From the NCBI GenBank assembly GCA_013115125.1, contig JABANN010000006.1:62001-126000 (forward strand): a DNA stretch of 64,000 bases, given 5' to 3'. The notes beneath the pieces were generated by a model, which worked only from the letters and a program-made list of their open reading frames with translations, made no database searches and was not told the DNA's origin. Source of the DNA: Perkinsus olseni (taxonomy: Eukaryota). Positions 38,752-51,466 of this stretch are shown piece by piece (the stretch's first letter is position 1; each line of letters begins with the position of its first letter). The translations under genes were made by a program, and so were the position numbers.

Positions 38752-41700
38752 ATGTCCGAAGATCTCCAAAAAGTAAAATTGTGTCTTGGCCTCGTATGTG
38801 GTGCGTTGAGGAGAACAGCATTGGCGGCTGCTGTTGCAGACAAACTGGAGAAATACTTGAATCAGATCGATGCCCAGACCAACAGCATTAACGGCGACTT
38901 TCTCAATACTTTGACAAACCGGATTGATGCCATGGAGGCCATGATAGACGGCGGTGATGTTGAGAAACTCCCTGTGGGAGTCCATTGTGAGGAGCACGAG
39001 GAGATGCAGAAAGTGAAGCTGTCGCTAGGTCTGATCTGCGGTACGCTCAGACGTCTGGCCTCGGCTCAGGGAGTCCTGGCGAAGATAGAAAAACACATCA
39101 CACAAATTGACAAACAGACCAGCAGCATACACGGCGATGTACTCACGGTACTCAACCAACGAGTAGGGGCACAAGAGAATAAAGTCATGAGCAAGTTAAA
39201 GAAAGGCGATGGTGGGGCGCCTCCCGCTGACCCATCAACCTTACGCAGAGATGATTTGGAAGACCTTCAGAAGGCTAAACTGTGCTTGGGCCTCGTCTGC
39301 GCTACTCTAAGGCGTATAGCGAGCTCAGCAGGAGTGCTGCAAAAGGTTGAGAAGTTCATCAGACAGATTGACTCCCAAACCAGCAGCATCAACGGTGATT
39401 ATCTGAACAACATGTCGGCACGACTGGATCGTATCGACGAGATTGTTCAGAGCTTGGAGCCACCGGGAGCAGGAGAGGCACGCAAGGCTGCTCCAAAAAC
39501 TCACAAGTCATTCATACGAAAAGCCGCGTTGTCAGCGGAAGGCGCGGACGATCTGCAAAAAGTAAAACTGTGTCTTGGCCTCCTCTGCGCGGTGGCTCGC
39601 AGAACTGTTGGGGCGGCGGGAATCGCCGATAAGGCGGAAAAACACTTGGTACAAATCGACCAACAGACGAGCGGAATAAATGGAGACATCCTGAATAAGT
39701 TACTTGGACGAATAGAGGCCTTGGAGCACAGGATGGATGTTCAGGAGAAGGCACTGGGGAGCGGGGACGACCTTGATGAGCGTTCAAAGTCCGCTGATGA
39801 TGATATTAACGACCGAGTCGATCAGATGCAAGCTACTGTGACAGACATTGAGAGAAGACTGGGCACGGTCAGCTCGTCGATGCAGAGCCTACAGCGTAAA
39901 TCGACATTTCCACAATTGAGCGTGCAGGGTCCAGAGGAGATGGTAGACCAGAGAGCCCTTCAGCGGCGTCTAATCATTCTCGAGGCAAAGCTTGATGCCG
40001 CCGAGGAGGACCGTATCAGGATTGACGGCATCCAAGCTAGGATTGTGCATCTCGAGGCGGCCCATAACGAGGTCGTCGAGTCTATGGGGTTGAGGGTAAC
40101 CCTAACCCGAGGAGAGCCATTCTCCAACGGAAGCGGGAACGGCGGTGGGGTTGCTGAGACTACATTGTCAGCTCCAAAGGTGAGGCTGCTATCGCTAGAC
40201 ATGAAGGCGGTCTGGCGTACTGCAGAGTTTTTTACTCTACTCTGTGGTCTGTTTAATAGGTTGAGGTTCGGAAAGAGGGCGACGAACAGAATGCCAAGCG
40301 AGTCGCCGCTTGTTGTATGCAAAGTCTGGACGACATCTCTGCCGCTATGGACGGCTTCAGTGCAGAGTTGGATGATTTACGGCTCAAAACGGACGCCATG
40401 CAGGGCATCTTGACCAGCCCCCTTCGTTTTGACGTAACGCTGTGGTCTGTCCGCGTTACGTTGTCGCACTTATCCATCTTTTTTAGGAAGCGCTGAGCTT
40501 CGAGTTCGGCCATAGCCAGGGCACCGACACTCGCGCCACAGTGGAGCGAGCTCGGCCTGCCAACTCTGACCAGGCCGGCCTCGGCGATCCCGACGCGGAC
40601 TGGAGTCAGGACGTGGACGCATCAATTGGACAACTCAAGTTGGACGTGCTATCACTGCAGGGAGACCTCGCCCATATCGCTGAACGATTAGAGGCCGTTG
40701 ACACCGAGGGCTCCCAGCAACAACCGCAGTCAAACGCGCAGTTGCAAGCGTCCGATAGAAATTCGCTAGATTTAAGGCGTGAGGTCTTGAGAGTGTCAGA
40801 AAGAATGGCCGCCTGCCGTCAGGAGGTAGTCAGGTCGGGATGCCCGGCACAAATAACGCAGCCATTGTTTCCACTGGTCAATAGATAAGCGACTTGAAGA
40901 AGGACTCCAGCCGATTGACTGCGGAGGTCGGTCAGATCCAGCGAGACACTGCCGAAGTCGAGAAGGCTCTGCAGAACAGCTTGGGTGACAGAACTACCTA
41001 GTTTATTACATAAGTTGGCGACGGTGAGCATTTGATCAGGAACTGTGGACACTCGAGTCGCCGTTCTAGAGCAAAGCGTCTCCGACTGCAGAGAGAATGT
41101 CACCCAGCCGGGCCCAGCCGGAGAGGCTCCACAGCAGAAACTTCCAGTAAAGCTAGCTGGGCGCATGGCCACGAAGTAACTCCCATTCTGTTCAGTTAAA
41201 GTCTCAGCCCGGGGCAGCGTGCAATGTAAGGCCACTTGCTATGTCCGTGTTACGAGTTCGTGGCCGACCCCGATGGCTCGCATATTATTCTTTCCAGGAT
41301 CTCCCCGGAGGTAGCCGAGACGAAGATATGCGACTTGCCGTTGCCGCATTGACTCGGGCAGTCGTGCGTTTTGCGCAAATTGTTGGGATTTTCCCCGCCC
41401 CAAGGTGAAGGGTTACATCAATGATCGCCTTCGCAGACTCACGCGTCCACTAGGTTCGAGGAGTTGCTGGGAGATGCGGAGAGAGGGCTGGTTCAGATAG
41501 ACCCAAAAGATCTCGCCAAATGGCAGAGCCTTGCTGAGACACTTTCTCTTCGGTGAGTGCGGTTATCTTTCGTGATAGAATGGCTATTGCATCTTTGCCA
41601 GGATCGACAAATCGTGGAAGCAGAGGTCATGCGGTCGATTCCGGAACATATTGGATCTGCTGGCCAGGAAAGCTGACAGCTCGATCTTGAAGCTCCAGCA

Positions 41701-41984
41701 GATGAGCCAACGTCAGATGGAGAATCAGCTATGTCGACTTCGAGAGGCCCAAGTGAACGCCTAGATACTGCTCGCTCGGATACCCAACGTCCCCATACGC
41801 AGGTGCACGGCCCCGCATCGGTTCAGAAAGTAGCGCACCAACCATTGAAAACCAATTCATTGCCACTCCAGAGTCCGCTGGCTCGTCGAGTTTTTCGTCC
41901 TTAGAAGCGATCATGCCTCGTTCTTCCGAGCTTTACCCGTGTCTTTCTGGTCCTGCCAACTCTTGGCACAATGTACTTCCGTAG
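38752..41984 (+). CDS. protein with four ~60-aa N-terminal repeats followed by coiled coil; multi-exon, 3' end either 41179 or ~41984
   Basis: Long first exon with 4x (E/D)(D/E)(L/M)QK(V/A)KL(C/S)LGL.C…RR…K.EK…QID.QT..I.GD.L, then coiled-coil exons separated by GT-AG introns. Confidence 0.75.
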
Positions 41985-42146
41985 TGCTAGGGTGCTTCCT
42001 GCCATAAAGTTGTCGCCATGGAAGATGCGAAGTTTGTCTATTGTGACTGATGTTAAATTCGTATGTTGTGTTGAGCTGATTCTGCAGGATACAGTCTTAG
42101 CCGGCCGCGGGCTGGAGCATTTGCCTTTATCAATCGCACTATAACT

Positions 42147-42431
42147 CAGTACAGTGTGGATATTTGAGACGGGGCTTAAAAAAGAGTCAACCCGGCCACG
42201 AAGGGAGTTGGCTTGTAATCAGAACCTAGAACGTGATCTAGAACTCATGCACGCGAGTGCGAAGCGCAGGGGACGGTCTGACGGTGATTTGAGACCAACG
42301 ATACGTTTTAGCTGGATGGGCGACTGCAGCGAGGATAGTCCAACAGCTGAGTGGTATCGAACCAGGCTGTGACTGTTACATAGCGTAGAGTCGCCACTAT
42401 CATGGTGGCAGTATGTTGTCATTATAGTGTG
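42147..42431 (+). mobile_element. partial, diverged copy of the foldback element (left flank plus right arm)
   Basis: 42147-42185 resembles 50746-50785 (CAGTACAGT.TGG.TA.TTGAGACGGG). 42220-42431 resembles 51165-51361 (CCTAGAACG, GCACGCGAGTGC, GGTC.GACGGT, GGCTGT..CTGT.ACATAGCGT, TATGTTGTCA). Confidence 0.6.
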
Positions 42432-43159
42432 ATCTCGGCTTTGCCGTGGTATATGGATGTCTCCGCGCTCGCGTGCGTGTAGCCAGGACGGGCCTCCCGT
42501 CATGTAAGGGAGACTCCCTTAGGGAGTGTAGCCGCTGCAGCCACTTTACCTCACTACAGCGTGCCTATCGTCCTACCCCAACTTGGCGCTCGTCTTAGGT
42601 ATCGGAGAAAGCGCACCCTTACCTTGCCCTTCCCAGCACTCCAAGGTTTGGCCGCCCCGCTGCGAGCCTCAACCGAGAAGACAGTTACTGATACTTCACG
42701 GTAACGTGCTATGTCAAGGCAGGGAATATAGGATGGCACGGCCTAGTCTTGGCTGTATTGAGACCTTCTCTCCATGATCTTGTAGTGTTGTAAGCCGTTC
42801 CAGATTGAGGCCTAGCTCACCATGATCTGACAAAGCTGCCCTGTGGTTCTGTGCTCTTGTCGGGGCGGTGGCGCCTCGTCGTCTTCAACCTTAAATCGTG
42901 CAGGAACCAATTTAATGGGAAAGTTGCTGCTTGTCGTGGGTTTGGAATACTCGAAAAGTTCATGTCTGCCAAGAGCATGCGGAATCAGCCACCACGAATG
43001 ATGGACGAGCATCTGTGCAGCGAGATGCCAAACGGATGTTTCTAGGCACATACGTGCGAGGCGCTTCACTGTCTCCTATCGAGTTTCCGGAGCTTAGCTG
43101 TTCTGTCCACTTCATCTCTGATCATCCGGCACCGCTACTTACAACCGCACGTTCCACAA

Positions 43160-43540
43160 ATGCGCTTCCTTGTCGACGCCCTCGTTGCTACTCTCGTGGC
43201 CGCCGACAGCGCCTGCACCGCCAAGGATAAGACGATTATGGCGAACGATCACTTCCCCGGAGTCCTCTGGCAGTGCAGCAAGGATGCTCTTGCCTTTCCG
43301 AAGCTGATCATCCCGACATGCCTCAACACGGATTGTGGTCTCAGCAAAGGATGTGGTGAATGCTTCGGTGACTTCGGCCAGTGTGGGTTGCAATGCGTTA
43401 ATCAGTGCTTGAAGACTCCTTCAAGTGATGACTGTAGGACCTGTATGGACAAGCACGGTTGCAACAAGCCTCTCTTGAAGTGCACAGGTTTGGATAAACT
43501 CTTCCCGGCTCCTACCAAGAAGTATAGTAAGTGTTTATGA
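43160..43540 (+). CDS. secreted 14-Cys protein, paralogue 2
   Basis: MRFLVDALVATLVAA|DSAC…FPG.LW.C…CFGDFGQC…CTGL…PAPT…C; 126 aa, intronless. Confidence 0.9.
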   Translation: MRFLVDALVATLVAADSACTAKDKTIMANDHFPGVLWQCSKDALAFPKLIIPTCLNTDCGLSKGCGECFGDFGQCGLQCVNQCLKTPSSDDCRTCMDKHGCNKPLLKCTGLDKLFPAPTKKYSKCL

Positions 43541-43796
43541 GTGGGAGCTCTTTTGCTCACTCTCTTCCCAGCAACGGACATGACTGGGAAACGCTGCAGC
43601 GACCCACTTCATTGCGGATTACCTCTCCATTGGGTTTCAGCTATGCGACCGTCGATCACTGAAATCTGCCCGCACACTTTTTATGAGGGCCTTTTCCAGC
43701 GTCGTGATACTTGTCCGCTGCTCCGGCAGCAGTGCTGCCTTACCCTGAGTCACCTCATTATGTGGCGAAGGATAGCTATGAATATCATATTACGGG

Positions 43797-43856
43797 ATAT
43801 GAGTTAAATTTTCTTCGACTTTCGCAATATGAGTTTGATTTTCTTCGACTTTCGCA
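43797..43856. repeat. two-copy 30-bp tandem repeat
   Basis: ATATGAGTTAAATTTTCTTCGACTTTCGCA followed by ATATGAGTTTGATTTTCTTCGACTTTCGCA. Confidence 0.9.
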
Positions 43857-46060
43857 TCCTACCTGTAGTGTTGTTAATTGAAGGACTTCTTTTTTGATCA
43901 TCTTCTCGCCCTCTAGTATCCTTCGCTTCACGGACTGAGGGAATAGGAGCTTTTTGCAAGAGTTATCGTAAACGCTTCGAATCGCTTCTCTGCATATTTG
44001 AAACCAGTGACAGCCAACTTGGCAGAAGAAGCCACCTTCCCTAGGCCATCAATACAGTAGCGGGGCCCTGGTGCAAGTAGTTCTTCTACGGAAAGAGGCT
44101 AGCCCAATCATAGTTGTGGGAGAAGAGGGAGTTCAGGGACACTTGTATGATTCTACGGTTTGGTTACATTACGGAACTACTCCTGCGATAGTTAGTACTA
44201 GGCATAGTACTTGGACAGTAGCTAGGACACAAGAATCGATAGACTCACGCTTGCGCGTATACGTGGGCGTGCCCTGGCAGCGGCCCGGCCAAGCGAGTTG
44301 CTGGGTTCACTCTCTGTGAAACCTCTGACTACGAGGATTGGGATGGGGACGCCGAAGCACTCGTACCTAACCGCAATGTGCTGAGGGAGTCTGGGCTTAC
44401 GTCACCGTCACCAGGAGCCCATCTGGTTGGGCAAGTTGGCTTAGGTGCTACGACGACCTCCTTCGGCGGCCATCCTAGCCACACACTGAAGGCGACAATA
44501 GGCTCGTAGCCCCGACAGGGCACCTCCTCAGCATTCGAAGCCCGAGTTAGAACACGGGCTAGCGGTTGTGGTGTTGCTTCTTCGTGCAACCGGGCGTGGT
44601 CGCCCAGTCTAGACCGGAATTGGAGACCGGCCTAGACTCGCTCGTAGTCTCGGTTTGTCCGCTGTTCCAACATGTTGGGTTTGGGTGGGCGGTAAAACGA
44701 AGAGAGCGACAAACCACGCGTTTCCGCAGGGAAGCACAGACCTCTCTCCGTGAGCGAAGTTACGCTCGCTTATCACCAGAATACGAGTCCTTCTCAAAGT
44801 GACGGAAACATACTTGCACTACTGTCGACGCTATGAGCTGCTAGTTGTGTGCTCTGTTGTCCCCTGGCGGCGCAGAGGAACCTGATACAATCCTCTCGAT
44901 GATGCTTCACCCGCGGCGAAGTCTACGACTTTACCTAATGAACAAAGGGATTAGCTCAAGCGTGTCAGCTTCCGAAGAGAAAGGCACGCCTATCCACAGT
45001 CTCTGGCCCGGTTTGAACCCCGGTTAACCTCGAGGTCACATCGCTGAATGGTGCTCTCGGCTTTTGCCGAGGAAGAAGAGGACTCGCACAACACCCGTCA
45101 GTTGGGGAAGACCAACGAATGGGAGTGCTCACGAGTTGGGCGTGACTGATTTGAAGCTGCTTCGCGACTCCAAATCAAAAGGTATGGTGGAAGAAGTAGG
45201 GATATACTCGACAATGTGCAGCACTCACATCCACTATAACTCGGTACAGTGTGGGTACCTGAGATAGGGCTCGAAGGAAACTGACCTCGTTGTGGATGTA
45301 GGGTGAAAATATGTTCAATAGCATGGCATGGAATGCACGCGATTGCTGGGACGAACGGACGCACAGCGAGCTGAGGCGCACGGGCAGAAATTTGGGTACA
45401 CAGCGGTCCGCTGCTGGATTAGTACTGCGCTATGGCTCTCCTCACTGGCAGCGAGAAGAGCCATAGCGAGTCGATATTCGGTCTATCACGTGGCTTATGC
45501 ACTTGCACACAACCGTAGGGACGGATGGACGCACAAACAGCCGTGCCGCACAAAGGGGCCAGATGCGGTCGGGGAAGCTGGGGCAAACACTACGCGGTAG
45601 AACTGGGGTCAGTTGAAGGGATAGTTTAGTAGCGAAGCGCGTGGTCTCTATTGTGCACGCTTACTATCATTCTGCACTGCCACTATACCGCATTCTCATG
45701 CGTTGCCTGACTTAGCCGCACAGGTTGTGTGGGCAACCATACAGAGTTCAAAAGAGAGCTCCTCATGAGAAGTCTTGATTATACATTCTCATGTACCCTT
45801 TTGAAGGAAGGATGCTTATCAATTTGGGATTATCATGATGGGCGGCTCACCATGGATCCATCATTGCTGGGATAAATGATTGGGATTTCATAGGTGCTCT
45901 CACGAGCCCTCTCAATAGGGCCCTTCGCAAACACGAGTACGGTACGCGTCTTTTCTTGTGCGCGTTCCGATATCTTAGCTATCACGTCTTGGCTTATTTC
46001 CGTCCACAGAATTCCCCTGCGCCTCTTACGGTATCTCAACTTGAGACATCAAGCCTGGAG

Positions 46061-46441
46061 ATGTATTTCCTCGTCAACGCTCTGGTTATTGCCCTTGTGG
46101 CCGCCGATAACGCCTGCACCGATGCTGATAAGAACACGATTAACGGCCAACCCTTCCCCGGCTATCTTTGGCACTGTAGCAAGGACGCCCTCCTCGCTCC
46201 GAAAACGCTCATCCCAAAATGCCTCAAGGAGGGTTGTGGTCTGACCGACAAATGCGCTCAGTGTTTTGGTGACTTTGGACAGTGTGGATTGAGCTGTGTC
46301 AAGCAATGCCTGGTCAAACCCTCTGATCCAGCCTGTAAAGCATGCATGGATAAGAATAACTGCAACGCCCACCTCCTGACGTGCACCGGTCTGAGCCAGA
46401 TAATGCCTGCCCCTACCAAAGTGTCCATGCAGTGTAAATGA
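46061..46441 (+). CDS. secreted 14-Cys protein, paralogue 3
   Basis: MYFLVNALVIALVAA|DNAC…; 14 conserved Cys; 126 aa, intronless. Confidence 0.9.
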   Translation: MYFLVNALVIALVAADNACTDADKNTINGQPFPGYLWHCSKDALLAPKTLIPKCLKEGCGLTDKCAQCFGDFGQCGLSCVKQCLVKPSDPACKACMDKNNCNAHLLTCTGLSQIMPAPTKVSMQCK

Positions 46442-46900
46442 GAAGTCTGTGCACATGCTCCTCCTTCAAGCAGCTGGTACAACACGAGGCCTCTTCTACG
46501 ATTCTATAACTTTCAACAATTGTAGAGATACTCTTTTACCTGCTACTTAACGATCCTCGAGCGCTGAAACCCGATCCCGAAAACTTTTTATGAGGGCTAT
46601 TTCAGAGGCTCTATCGTAATTTTTCCGTCTCACTCGGCGTCACCTTGTCGTGCGGCGAGGTAGATATGAAGTCCAATATAGGTCATTAGTTGGCTTAAGG
46701 CTGTCCAGTCCACATGTTGAATTGTAAATCCCGGGAAGCTTCGATCGGCATATCAGCATACTAGTACACACTAGTACCAGCGAAACTCGGGGAATAACCG
46801 CTGTTAGCGTGATTGCAGCACCAGTATACGACTCAACACTTAACACAGAATGCCCATCGACGACCGAAGCTCGGCTCTACAGCAGATTACTCCTCATCAG

Positions 46901-49900
46901 ATTTGATAGGAGAACCCTCATCAGCCGGCTTGAACTCGAAATCAGCCTTCATGTGAGTCAGGTTAATTGAACCAACTGGGGATGACTCTTCCCCATGGAG
47001 GAAGAACAACAGCAATGCAGCCTTCGTCAAATATCAACGTTCTCATTAAAGCAACAGAGAACATTTTGTGGAGCTTTGCTACGGCTACGGCAACCGTCGT
47101 GTAGTGCACTTTGAGGATCCTCGTTAGATTTTCGGCACAAGACAAGGCAAGAGCACAAGGATCGTCGTTCTCCTCTGCTTCCTTATTCTCATTGCTCTGG
47201 GTATTTACCTCACAGCTCCAACCGCCGCCAAAGTTGGGGTAAGCGGAACGAAGAAGAGACTCCAGCTTACAGGTTGCGCTCCCATGCTCGTCAGGCCATA
47301 ACTCGCCCGCTCACGGAGGCAGGAGGCTTCTCTCCTGGAATCGAAGACCGGCAAGTTGCCGGCGGCAACCACTCACTTCCTGGGACCCAGTCCTGACCTC
47401 CTTACAAGGCGTAGGCGACTCGATTCTCGGCCAGAACTTGCATGGACGTTCCAGGTATCGGACTTGACGAGCCTGTACGGCCTACAGACTTATGAAGACC
47501 CTGATGCTGTCACAGAGGGCTTCCAGTATACTAAATTCACGCTGTCTGCTCCCACTCTGGTCGAGGAGTCAACGGCACCGTGAGGAGGCTGGGCACGCGG
47601 GAAGCACTCGACGTAGATCGCTTTCCATTCCAGAGGGAAGAGACGATGCTCAGCTGAGATGCGAAGAGTCTATGTCGGCCTCGCTAGGCAAGCAGGGTTG
47701 TCGCAGTCAGAAGCGTAGGTGCTCACTGGCGACTGAGAGACGCTCTCCTTCATACACATCGCCCTTTTCTTCTGCAGGGTCACGCAAAGATGCGGCCCTG
47801 GCCCTCCCAGTGAGTTCCATATAACGACGTACCATCTATATTCATACTGAATACTACGTGAGCGTTCCTCTGTACAAGCTCAGCTTGAGATTAGAGAATT
47901 CCTGCTAGAAAGGAGGGGATGCCACGTCGAGTCCAAGTCGTGTGAACTCCGCTGACAGCGGCCATGCTGATGATCGATCCTGCTCAGCCACTTCAGAAGT
48001 ACGCGTTACAGTCTCCACTCTACCTGAGGCCCTCGGCGACCCCGGACTGAGCATTCGTCTCGCAGAAGGTAGAGTAGCCCGCATAGAGGTAAAATTAAAC
48101 TCATGAAATGACGACAGCTCAAAGTATAGACATCTCTTAAGCCGAGCACCTTGATGTAGCCTTGATGACTCCGTGCCAGTCCACAGCGGGCAGGAAGCAG
48201 TGCACCCTGATATCATCAGGTCCTCGTGGGACTCCTGAGTGGAGGACATGACCCCGAGTCGAGCGTCGTCTCCGTACTGCGCTTCAAGCCGAATGCCGCC
48301 TTCATATGAGACGACCTTCTCTGCAAGGAAGTTTCCTCGTTCTCGAACAAAACCCACGGCAGCTCGACGTCGGTATCGCGTCATCATTGCTACTCCGATG
48401 ACTCGGGAATGTATGTTGAGAGACAGTGTCGCCTGGGTAATGGAAGAGTCTCACCCGCTGCTTGTCTAACCAGGGCATTCCTTTCGTCGTCGACTCACAC
48501 AATGTGGGTGACCGTGAGCTCCCTCACGCTGGCACTGTCCGTCATTGGGATTTTGAGGGATATGTGAGCCGACCCACGGCCACCGTTCCCGTCCCCTGCG
48601 AACTGTACCTCAGTTACAAGTTTGTGAGGTCAGCCCGCCTCATACGTGGCCATGAAACAGAACTTTTGCCTGAAGATGCTGAGGCAGCTCAAGGTGCACC
48701 CGAAAACCAAAAAAGCGACATGCCAGTGTATTGGAGTTTGTTCTGGTAGGAGCCCATTCCGCGCGAGGGAACAGACTCTCACTGCAACGTGAAGTCAAGA
48801 AGGTCATCAGAAGAAAAATATCCTGGTAAGGGTGAATCCTTGCAGATGTTTATGATGCTGAGGAATCTGTTTTGCATGCAGGTTGTCAGGCAGCCTGATA
48901 ATAAACTGTGCACTATCTCGTTGCAGTGGATGTAGTTGTAGTCTACAACTTGTAGAACACAACATCAGTAGATTGGGCTCATACTGAACGAGATAGAGCA
49001 CATAAGAGAGCGCAATAGTTGAGAGAATTGAGTGATAATGCGAAGCTAGTATGAGCACAACTCCATTGTGTTATGTGGACAGTGCAACTATCTCATCCTC
49101 GCCTTGGTCATTTGGAGGACCATCATGTAAGTTGAGGATCCTCGAAGTTGGTGGTCTGCGATTGATGGCCTGGCACATAGCGGCAATGCCATAGCCTACG
49201 GCGAGCCCACTTTTACAGGTTCACGTCCAGTGCCGAACGGCATGCACGGCTGGTCACGAACGTGATCGATGCCCAGCCCTCAACATCCGAAGTACAACCA
49301 TCCGGTTCGACACATTTAACGGAAGCCAGGCTGAGTTCTGATGGGTCTCTTGTCTGTTACATGCGCATGCAAAGCTGCCCGGTCTTCGAGACTCGCTGCG
49401 TGAAGAGACATACTCGGCCAATTTCGGGATGCTGCTCATGTGGGTCTCTCGGCTGTGTTCGAGATCTTTTATCTCCCAGCCAGAAGGTACCTCCTAATCT
49501 GGAGAATCATCAAGTGCCTTGCTGGTTATCCTATGGTAGCAGTCCTTTCCTCGACATGGTACACCGCGCGAGACGACATAATCCATTTCGGTCAGTTGAC
49601 CGCTGAGTCCAGGCTCCCGACTGAATCCTGCGGGATTCCCGGGGCTCTAGTAGCGAGCCCCGACTCTGAACCTCTGTTCAGGTATAACCTTCGCCACGAT
49701 ATTCGTGTTCATGTCACACATAGGCCACTACGCAGCCGGCGAGGACTTCGAGGACCTCCGCACAGTGAGCCTTCCGTGGTTCCAGGCCTGAATATTTAGC
49801 GTTAGGTCTGGTCGACGTTGGTCTTACAATTCGAGATCCTCTGGTCGGGAGGGTGGGACGTCCCCAACTGGTCGTCCCATCCTGCGTTGAGCTTGTAAAT

Positions 49901-50430
49901 GGTCCCATCGCCTGGCGGCGGCCGGGCGAGCGGCCGACTCCTTCAGTTGAGTGGATGTTCGTCACTCCCTTCCCTCTCACAGGTATCTCGTTCTATTCGT
50001 GGTTGTCATCTTCATAGCCCTGCTCAACTTCTTCGTTGCATTAGTTGTCGAAGCTTATCTAGCTGTTCGACGAACAGTATTTACGGCTTATTATACACAG
50101 TCTTTCATCCAAGACTACATGGCGGTGATAGACTCTCTACTAACCTCTGCAAGTCACCGCCCTATCAGGAGATGTCCACCTGATTACTCTTTCGTTCGCC
50201 GAATGGGACCGGTACAGGCGTTAGCGCCACTCTTCGCTAAACAATACGTGGACGTTGATGACCTCGAGCAAACTGGTCTTTTTGATTCGGGCGAATCAAC
50301 TGGGGACTGAGTCAATGAGTTTTGATTGACCTGTTCCATGAATCGTGGACCATGACAGATACCGACGGCGATAACCTCCGCTGCCTTCGTGCAGGGTCCG
50401 TGTCAGCGAGCACCCTGCGCTCACACTCTC
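46901..50430 (+). pseudogene. polycystin/PKD2-like cation channel, copy A, 5'-truncated
   Basis: S4-like LLIWRIIKCLAGYPMVAVLSSTWYTARDDIIHF, S5-like ITFATIFVFMSHIGHYAAGEDFEDL, S6-like YLVLFVVVIFIALLNFFVALVVEAY. The first (IQ) exon seen in copy B is absent. Confidence 0.65.
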
Positions 50431-50787
50431 GGCCAGGTATGAGAACCTTGGGTGTTCAACCTCCAACATCAAGTGCAGTTGTAGTCCAGAACCGAACTTG
50501 AGATATTCTCGTCGGAAGATGTGCGCGATGATATTCCCCCTTGAGGGCTGACCGACATTGAGAGAATCGGCTACCCAGCCCTGTGGGGGAGTCAGCCAAG
50601 CAACTGGTATAAAAGTCACGAGCATTCTAGTGGCGTTGCCCGATCAACGCTCGCCGCTACGACCGATACTGGAGCCACCATCAGCCTACGCCAGGATTTG
50701 GTCGCCTCGCCACCAGCCTCAGCCGGGACGAGATGTACCATAATTCAGTACAGTCTGGCTACTTGAGACGGGACTCAAAGAAAGGTA

Positions 50788-51361
50788 TGCACTATAGTGA
50801 CAACATAGTGACGACTATAGTATACGCTATGCAACAGATACAGCCAGGTTGAACACTATTCAGCTGTTAGACTACCATCGCTACACTTATCTTCACTGCC
50901 GCTGCGTATCATTAGTCTCAGACAAGCATCTCACCTTACTATGCGCTTTGCACTAGCGTCCATGAGTGTACGTGCTACACTAAGCTTAGTGTAGTGAGCT
51001 GAAGTGCACATTATCACTTAGCTCCCATGCAGTCCAATTTTACCTTTCTTTGAGCCTTGAACTCAAACAGCCACACTGTACTGAGTGAAAGTGCAGGTAA
51101 CATTGGACTCGAGGAGAGCTAAGCAGTAATGAGATTCCATAGTGTAAGCTAGCCTAGCGTAAGTTCTAGCCTAGAACGCACACTCACGCACGCGAGTGCA
51201 GGGCGCAAGATGAGGTCAGACGGTTATCTGATGCTGCTGATACGCAGCAGCAGTGAAGGTAAATGCAGCGATGGTAGTCTAATAGCTAAGTAGCTCTGAA
51301 CCCGGCTGTAGCTGTCACATAGCGTGCACTATAGTCCTCACTATGTTGTCACTAGAGTGCA
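50788..51361. mobile_element. ~575-bp foldback (long imperfect palindrome), MITE/Foldback-like
   Basis: The left arm starts TGCACTATAGTGACAACATAGTGACGACTATAGT; the right arm ends ACTATAGTCCTCACTATGTTGTCACTAGAGTGCA. Complementarity continues inward to CTTAGCTC…GTCCAAT…TTACCT / AGGTAA…ATTGGAC…GAGCTAAG around a ~50-nt loop. Confidence 0.75.
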
Positions 51362-51375
51362 CGTCTTTTTTGAAC

Positions 51376-51466
51376 GCGTTCCGGCATTTTAGCTGTCCGA
51401 TCCTAGCTGATCTCCCTCCACAGAATCCCCGTGTGCCTCTGAGAGTATCTCAACTCAAAATATCAA
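51376..51466 (+). pseudogene. orphan 5' flank of a lost 14-Cys gene copy
   Basis: TTTTAGCT…TAGCTGATCTC…CCACAGAATCCCC.TGTGCCTCTGA..GTATCTCAACTCAAAA.ATCAA matches the ~90 bp before the ATGs at 46061 and 58403, but no CDS follows. Confidence 0.65.

Larger units (their letters stand above)
45510..50616 (+). repeat. segmental duplication copy A (14-Cys gene + PKD2-like gene)
   Basis: Collinear similarity to 51583-57404, near-identical over long stretches (e.g. 47170-48140 vs 53745-54700; 49950-50240 vs 56495-56830). Confidence 0.9.

Noticed and set aside
43797-43856. CRISPR-like repeat
   Set aside because: Two abutting copies with no spacer, no cas genes, and a eukaryotic context.
44300-45500. 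Possible transposase/retroelement remnant, with weak inverted similarity to ~57700-58250
   Set aside because: Frames are broken and I could not identify RT, integrase or DDE motifs; the similarity is too patchy to support by eye.
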